Positions 57,012 to 64,000 of a stretch of 64,000 nucleotides of DNA are shown one piece after another. A program made the translations under genes and the position numbers. Under the pieces are notes generated by a model, which worked only from the letters and a program-made list of their open reading frames with translations, had not been told where the DNA came from and made no database searches. Each line of letters begins with the position of its first letter. The first letter of the stretch is position 1. The DNA comes from Epithemia pelagica (taxonomy: Eukaryota > Protista > Bacillariophyta): assembly GCA_946965045.2 (NCBI GenBank), contig OX337240.1:3038001-3102000 (forward strand). The letters run 5' to 3'.

Positions 57012-58653
57012 CTCAAAAAACAAGAAACGAAGCGTCGTTGTCGTGGTTGCGCCCCACGACCCACACGAATGGTACATGATAGGGTGCAATTCTCCTAGAC
57101 GCCGACTTGGACTAAACTAGTAACAAATAATATGGAATGGATGACTATGGAAATTTCAAAACACACAAGGTCATTGGAATCCAAAACTTTGTGAAAACGA
57201 ACAGCATAGTCGAGCTCTTGGATGCAGAGGGGTGGTCGCATCATCATCATCCTCTACTTGTTAAACCTCCTGCCAGGACAAGTCCGTAGCCACACTCTTT
57301 GTGGAACACATTTTCTCATAAGTCGAATCGAATAGGACTTTTTGTGGTGGCTTTTCCAAGGTGGCTTTGTCGTCCAAAAAGAGAGGGAACGAGGAGAGAG
57401 GAGGAGAACTTGCACGCTCTACTACTACAAGGTACACCATGGCTGCTTTTGAGGATGCTACATGAGATGTTGGTAGGAAAGCGACAGCACAGTCCAGTGG
57501 GCCGTGCGGAACAACGTCGGATCTCGCTGTGCGTTGTTGTGGAGTTGCGGCGGGGAGGGATCCGTTCCCTTGTAGTTGTTTCACACGTTCCTCTGGACTG
57601 TTGCAGGGTGGTTTGCAACGCCTGTTTTTGGAGAGCTGTGGCCGGAACTGTCTTTTTTCTGCTTTGGTCATTTTGTATTGAGGCTGGAACGCAAATGAAT
57701 CAATTATCCATATGGCTTGGGTACTTCAAATGAGGGATCCACTGAAGACTGAACCAAAGGCATGGCATCTGCAACACAATCCGCAACACAGTAGCCAGTC
57801 ACATGGTCGGTACCATCGTTGGCGGTGCCGTTCTGTGCAAGACGGCAGAGACCTCTCCACGCACACACACGGTTCATTGAAACCTCTGCGCAAGTTCGGA
57901 TGGGCCATACTACAATGCTGCCTGGTTCACAACAGTTTTCCGAACCAACGTGGCTGGCTCAAGTAAACGATCGGCATCACTGATTGGCCGCAATGTCGTG
58001 TTCAAACCTTCCGGTTCGAGTGAGTGAAGATCCATGATATCCGTTCGTTTTGTCTTGCCAATATGGAAGAAGCCATTTTGCTCCAGACCTGTGTGGTTGC
58101 AGTGTTTCGGTCGACCGTACTAGTGCGGAATACCAAGGTCATTTTAATAATACTAGAGCGTAGTTAATATAGAGAAAGCCAGTCGTGGTGCTTTTTTATT
58201 CGAATAGTCGTTGTATTCGTTGGTTGTGATTCTTGTGCTCTGTCTCTATCGAATGCGTGGTGTGGTGTGGACTCGTTGACGACGACACGGACGATTTGAG
58301 AACGGTTCGATCGAACACCACCAGCTGCTCTGCTACTATTGTCCAGAGAAGCAATGTATCGTACCAGAAAAGGATCAAAAGTCGCCGTTGCCGCCGTCCT
58401 CTTCTTCTTGAGTCAAGCCCATTTGTTCTCCCGCGTTCTCCCCGTAGGACTTTTACGTCAACCAAGGCTGTTCGGCCGCCGTCTGCTTCTTGAGCCAAGC
58501 GACAGCCCCATCATTCAATATATAAACTCCTCGGAGTCGCGCCTTTCTTGGCATCAATTAATCCTTGAATTTCAGCCTTCTTCTTTTGGTTGTTTGTGTC
58601 GAAACAACCAAAAGAAGAAGGCTGAAATTCAAGGATTAAATATTTCGTTTCTA

Positions 58654-58770
58654 ACCTGTAAGCTATCCTGTAATATTTCGTTTCTAACCTGTAAGCTTTC
58701 GTAAGACGCTTGCTGCATTTAACGAAAGCTTACAAGTCAGAAACGAAAGCTTACAGGATAGCTTACAGGT
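58654..58770. repeat. Foldback hairpin, 49-bp arms with a 19-nt loop
   Basis: 58654-58702 vs 58722-58770, 4 mismatches. A 33-bp-period tandem duplication extends the left arm to 58640. Confidence 0.85.
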
Positions 58771-58889
58771 CCTTGTCGGAAGCAGCAAAAGCAATCACTG
58801 ATGGCACGACGACAGCAATGGCGTTTGCTGCGTCTGCTGTTTCCATGGCAATGGTGTTAGACTTTTGGGGTACCTCGACATTGGCGACT

Positions 58890-58991
58890 TGGAGTTCTTT
58901 ATTATTCATGTTGGACGGCTTTTTAAAAAGCCGTCTTTTTAAAAAGCCGTCTTTTTAAAAAACCGTCCGACATGAACAATAAAGAACTCCA
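58890..58991. repeat. Inverted repeat (29-bp arms) enclosing three 16-bp TTTTTAAAAAGCCGTC units
   Basis: 58890-58918 vs 58963-58991, 2 mismatches. Perfect 22-bp palindrome GACGGCTTTTTAAAAAGCCGTC at 58914-58935. Confidence 0.85.
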
Positions 58992-59094
58992 TGTCAGGTC
59001 GGTATATGAAAGGACGGGTCGGCAGGAACGCCACCGTCGCCTTTGCAGAAAAAAGGACGGCCAACAGTGAGCTTCCGCCAGTTGCTTGTCATCT

Positions 59095-59312
59095 TGTTAA
59101 AGAGGGGACACAAACAATAGAAACTCTTCCGGAATTTGCACGGCTATTCTTGGCAACAAACGTTAATCTCAAGTAATGGCGACAACGAAGGTGGGGGTTG
59201 GTGTTTCGTTCCCTTCGTAACAAGAAGATTAGTAATTATACCTAACGTAACGTGTATCATGCAAAAGTAGTAAACCAGTAAACGGTAATTCCCCCAAAGA
59301 TTCTCTTCAACA
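59095..59312 (-). repeat. Putative 3' LTR of the Copia element (218 bp)
   Basis: TG...CA bounded with a 10-bp terminal inverted match (TGTTGAAGAG / TGTTAAAGAG), starting 50 bp after the pol stop. The partner LTR lies outside the window, so this cannot be confirmed. Confidence 0.6.
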
Positions 59313-59362
59313 TCCGGGTATCCCCACCGACCCGAATGAAACAGTCCCCGCAAAGTGTATAA

Positions 59363-62300
59363 TCACCCCTGTTGTTCGCTTTGTTCCCCCGTATCTGGAT
59401 GGGTGGTGGGGGGCCCCGCATTTCCGAAGGCTGAAGAGTATGTAAATTGCGATATCAAGTCATTGCGCCGAGAACGCGGCAACAACTTGGTGAATAAGTC
59501 GGCGAGATTAGTTTCGGTGTCTTCCTTCCCGACTCGAATAATACCAGCAGCAGCCGCTTCCCGCACAGCGTGGTAATTTATTGCGTTGTGTTTCTTGTTC
59601 AATACAGAAGATGGGACGCTAGTGTTCTTCACCACACCGCGGTTGTCACAAAGAACGTTCGAGGCCCCGACAATTGGTACGCCAAACATCCGAAGCTTGT
59701 ACCTCATCCCAACAATCAACTCTTTGGCAATGCGCATTGCCACAAATTCACTGCCGAAGCTCGAAGTTTCCACCGTGTTCTGACGTTTGGAGAACCACAG
59801 GATCGGTGCATTTTGCATCATGATCAAGATTCCCGAGTGGGACCGCCTGGTGACGACGTTGCCAGCATGGTCAGCGTCCACGAAACACGTGATCGTAGCC
59901 GGATTCCCCAGTGGCTCGGGCATGTCCGTTGGAATCTGTTCCGCTACGTCCCCGTAGAACTCCTTCCATTCATCCATCGGTGCCTGCGAAAAACATGCCT
60001 CGTCCAGTATCACCTCCTTCGGATCGAACACGAGTTTGAGTTTGGCATGCTTCTTGAGGAACGCAAAGATCGAGTATACCACCTCGAGGTGACCCTTGCG
60101 GGGATTTGCCAGATATTGAGACATGATAGCTACCTCGAGGTATACATCGACGCGTCCGAGCTCCACAGCCCACCGTAATATGCCAATCAGCTGCTGATAC
60201 CTTGCCCTCAGTGTTTCTCCCAACTCCTCTGTCGCATCCAATTCCGGTTTGTACGATGTCTCGATTGGCACTCGGGCGGTCGTCTTGAGGTGCCGGCCGT
60301 CCCCGTCTTCCTTGAGCAATTGTTCGACTATCTTTATTGCATTGTTCACGTACTTTTCGCTCGACATACCCCAGGCACTACTACCGTCTGGTAGGTTGTG
60401 ACGATAAACCTGCGCGCCCAAGTATGTTGATGGTGGACCAATGCTTCCCTTCTTGATCTTATAAAGCTTGTCTATCTCCTCGAATAACGGCTCTGGTTTG
60501 TCGCTGACCAATAGTAGGTCATCCACGTAGACCAAGATAAGCTCGTAGTAAGGCTCACCACTTGCCCGTTGCTTCTTTCTCCTTAATACGCAAGGGTCTG
60601 CCCTGGTATCGACAAATCCCATGTCATATAGCGTATTCAATAGTGTTGCGCGCCAACTCGCTCCGGACGATTTCAGTCCATATAATGCCCGGACCATACC
60701 ACATACTTTGCCCTGAAACTCTGCACCGACTTCTGCTCCCCCCAAAAACCAAATCTTTTCCCGACATGGTGCGTTTAAGTACGCATTCCCGATGTCACAA
60801 GCCAACACATCTAGGTCATTCAACGCTGCGATCAGAAACGCCACACGGATTGAGTCCCGGCTTACGACGCTGGAGTATGTTAAACTTGCCGGTGCATCCG
60901 TCATGTGCCCACCGGCAACTAGTCTAGCTTTCCGTGTCAAGTCCATCTTGACGTCGAACACCATGTGGCATTTGATCTCGGTGTAGCCTATCAACTGTCG
61001 CCCCGCTCGCACCTCCGCGAGCACGAGGTCGTCCCGTGCCTCCCACGCAATCTTGACGACGCCTAGCTCCTTTGCGATCGCGTCACGCCAGAATGTCGTA
61101 CCCGTTTCCTTGTCCAGTTGCAGAGCCTCTTCGACGGAATGGGGCAGTCGCACCCCGTATTTGTGCGTTAACTTCCAGTATTTTTTCTGTTTCTTCTTTT
61201 TCCCGACCACTTTATTTATTATCCGTCTTTTGTGGTTCATAACCTGTGGCACCCACGAATGAAACGCTGGCTCTTGCTCCAACCCTTGTGCTATTATATA
61301 CTCCGCAACCTCTATCGGGTAGCCATCCTTTGCTTCTCGCAGCGGTATCCAGGACTGTGATCCGTCCTTCCATTCGATTGCCAGTTCCCAACCTTTCGTC
61401 GTCCTTTTTGGTACTTGGTTTCCATTCTTGGACACAACGAACCCGTCTTCTCTATCCACGGCGTCCCCGTTTTTCCTGTGTCCCACGATCTCTTTCATGA
61501 TGGCAAACTGTCTCCCTTGGTCATCTATCTGCGAGTACAGAGACTCGGCTATTACGTTCGCCGTGTACTCGTGCACCACACCGCCTGGGAAGCTCACCTC
61601 GTAAGCTCTGTCGTCGAATATTGGATTTTTGTGCTTCGTACCAATCGGTTTTCCGTCTAACCCTTTCTTCCTTTTTACCACGGTTCCAAGAAGCTTCTCC
61701 CCTCCCACGTCCAATTGAATTTGAGCTCCCAGGTAGTTGTCATACTCTTCCTCCAGGTCTTCCACGTCAGGTTTTTCCTCTTGAATCATCTTTCCATATT
61801 CCTCGTCCGTTGGAACGACACCCTTTTGAACATGATCTTCGGGCAATGGCTGCAAATCTTCGAGGAACCCTGGCCCCATGCTTTCCCAATCCGTAAAATT
61901 TCGATCGTCCAGTCTATCCTCAACAATCATCCTAAATTCCCGAATTCTTTCTGCCATCCGCGGCTCGGCCTGTTCCTCTGCCGTTACATGTTGCACAGAA
62001 GTTCTGGCCAAGACCTTGCCAGACTTGGTAAGCACCCAATAAGTCGCTCCCGATCCTGTGCGCGATTCCCAACCAAAAGCCCAGGTGCCTCTGTACCTCC
62101 GCCGTATCCGCTTTGGAGTTGTCGTGGTACCAAACGAGGTCGAAAAAGGAGAAGTCGAGCCACTCCGATATATCTGGTGTGTCACCAGTGAGTCGCTCCA
62201 AACCGGAACGGTTGTCCTGTCCCCGTGCGACGCGACTGAGAATGCCAGATTCATGGGCGAGACCGTAGTGCCAAAGACGGCGTGGAACCCGACAATCAAC

Positions 62301-63503
62301 CATGCGACGATGCCATCGCTGTTTCAAAACGCCGATCTCACGCTCCGCGCGGTGGTTTTGTTTGCTAGTACCCTTCTCGGCCCATTTGAGATCGATACGG
62401 TGAAACCGTGCCAGTTTCGTGAACTGTGTCTTGGGACCAGTCTGCTCACCAGCAAGGTCCGCAGTAAGACCATCAGGTACACCAACCTCATCAATGAACT
62501 TGGCAAGACTCTGCCCGACGTCAGCTTTCGATGTTAACGGGTATACAGCCGTAAATTGGCCATCCGTGAACACCTGCGCGCACTTGTTTCCAGCCAAGGA
62601 GGTGGTTCGAGAAAATAGTGTGTCCGTATAAAACCGAGTGTTCAATCGGTGTCTGTGTAAAGCCAAGTTATCCACCCGATACCGTCTCGTAATAGGGTTG
62701 ATAGCAGTGCGGATACCTTGTTGGGTGGTCACTCGGAGCGTTCGTCGTGCGGATTCCAGTCCAATCATCCATTTCTTACTGAGATTTTCTGGGGAAACTG
62801 ACGAATGACGGTCAGTCGTAATATTTCTCACATGGCGCTCATCGGCGAGTCTCTGAGCCATAAGTCGCGGGTCGCACGCACTGGACACCAGTCCAATTTC
62901 TAACGCGATGTCTTCATGCGCGTCATCGTAGGGGTCACGACTTGGCATAGCAAGATCGACCGAACGCGGGTCCCATACTTCCTGGCGTGTCAACGTAATG
63001 GCTGGTAACGTCTCGATCTCATGACTGGTGGGCGCACGTTACTCGAAAAAGATCGTGGTTCCCCGCATTTCAAACGGAATGTGCAATCCTTCTGCCTCAA
63101 TACCGAATCCTTCATCTTCCTGACGAGTTGGATCATCGCGAACCGAATGACCAGCGTACCGGATTTGATTCTGGTTTAACAAAGTTTTCCTTAAAGAACT
63201 ACCAAACCAGAGCATTTGACGCCCAATCAGTATATATTCCGCCCCCGATACCTTGTCTCTGATGCATGTTGCACATGTGGCAATCGGTACGTGTCGAGAT
63301 GCTGCCTGCTTTCCCATGAAGTCACTAACCTTGCACTCCATTCCCGTGGTTTCGACCAAAGTCCAGTTTATTCCAGCACACGAAGTGTCTGCCATAGTAT
63401 CCATTTCATTGTTCCCGATTGTGCCAACATGACAATCCACCGTATATTCCACTTGCCCAATGGCCACTTGCCTCGGGCCGCATATGACCATGGACGCCTG
63501 GCG
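59363..63503 (-). pseudogene. Copia pol with one nonsense codon (TAA 63039-63041) and one frameshift (about 62040)
   Basis: The frame continues across TAA (FFE*RAPTSHEIETLPAITLTRQEVWDP). The integrase frame GIAHRIGSDL switches to the RT frame at TYWVLTKSGKVLAR. Confidence 0.85.
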
Positions 63504-64000
63504 TCATTCGGAATAAGCACCAGGTCCGAACCGGCGTCCATTTGTGCTACCTCGGTCAGTGCCACCTGTGCCTCCGCCTGTTCCTGCGTCGTTTGCACCT
63601 GCCACGGACGGATCCGTTAGCACCGAGGGATCAACACCCCCCGTGTCTGCCGTATCGATGTCCACATTCCCAATTTCCCGACCACGTCCACGCCCGTCGC
63701 CACGTCCATCGTTACCACCGCGACCCCAATGTCCCCGTCCGGCATGACGACCACCACGGCCACGACCACGGCCGCCAGAATGTCCGTATTGCCGGAGGCG
63801 GGCGCGTTCCTGATGAACGTAAGCTTGTCCCGATGGCCCGAGGGTTTCCATCTCTTGAGAAGAAAATCGCCGATTAACATCGGTGACATCCACACCGTAG
63901 AACGTAAAGATGCCGTTGTTCTGCTGTAACCCCAGAAAAGAACGTGCACGGGTCGGGGAATGTTCAAACGTGTTGGTTTCGGAGATAAAACGATGACGGG
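63504..64000 (-). CDS. Copia gag C-terminal part (open to the window edge)
   Basis: The frame is open from 63998 to TGA 63504-63506. RGG-rich GGRGRGRGGRHAGRGHWGRGG tail directly upstream of the protease. Confidence 0.75.
   Translation of the reverse strand, partial: RHRFISETNTFEHSPTRARSFLGLQQNNGIFTFYGVDVTDVNRRFSSQEMETLGPSGQAYVHQERARLRQYGHSGGRGRGRGGRHAGRGHWGRGGNDGRGDGRGRGREIGNVDIDTADTGGVDPSVLTDPSVAGANDAGTGGGTGGTDRGSTNGRRFGPGAYSE

Larger units (their letters stand above)
59095..64000 (-). mobile_element. Ty1/Copia (CoDi-like) LTR retrotransposon, decayed, 5' part outside the window
   Basis: Domain order gag tail (RGG-rich) - protease (MDTMADTSCAG) - integrase (FYTDTLF...) - RT (KARLVAGGH, ALYGLKSSG, YVDDLL) - RNase H (FVDADHAG, SSFGSEFVA, NLADLFTK) is the Copia order. 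Confidence 0.95.

Noticed and set aside
57261-58500. Short ORFs on both strands
   Set aside because: No recognisable domain; frames close quickly. May be a decayed gene but unsupported.
62030-62050. Programmed frameshift within Copia pol
   Set aside because: Falls inside the integrase C-terminal region, not at the gag-pol junction. It looks like a short deletion (possibly one GACTT unit) in a copy that also has a nonsense codon.

Overview
Eukaryotic nuclear DNA, most likely from a pennate diatom. This is inferred from short GT-AG introns with GTACGT donors, a signal peptide plus AF plastid-targeting motif, a diatom-type (CoDi-like) Copia element and PT-repeat/vWA secreted proteins. The standout feature is an apparently intact 7,832-bp DNA transposon (25261-33092). 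It has bipartite terminal inverted repeats, a perfect 10-bp target-site duplication (GAGAGCTCCA) and two convergent intronless ORFs: a RecQ-like SF2 helicase and a 1754-aa Academ-type transposase. This is the AcademH architecture, which I know only from animals and fungi. A third copy of the target 10-mer sits immediately inside the right TIR. The element lies between two copies of a duplicated unit (GT61 glycosyltransferase + TIMP-like secreted protein), part of a birth-and-death cluster with intact, deleted, decayed and inverted copies. The window also holds an HMG-box gene (partial), a FYVE/RING gene, a bacterial-like secreted protein gene broken at a homopolymer, SDHB, a CobW/COG0523 GTPase, two tail-to-tail mucin-like vWA genes and a COX4-like small gene. 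Other mobile or repeat features are piggyBac-type and Harbinger-type MITEs, two foldback hairpins and a decayed Copia LTR retrotransposon running off the right edge. No rRNA, tRNA or CRISPR array was seen. All family assignments come from reading motifs by eye; no database searches were run.
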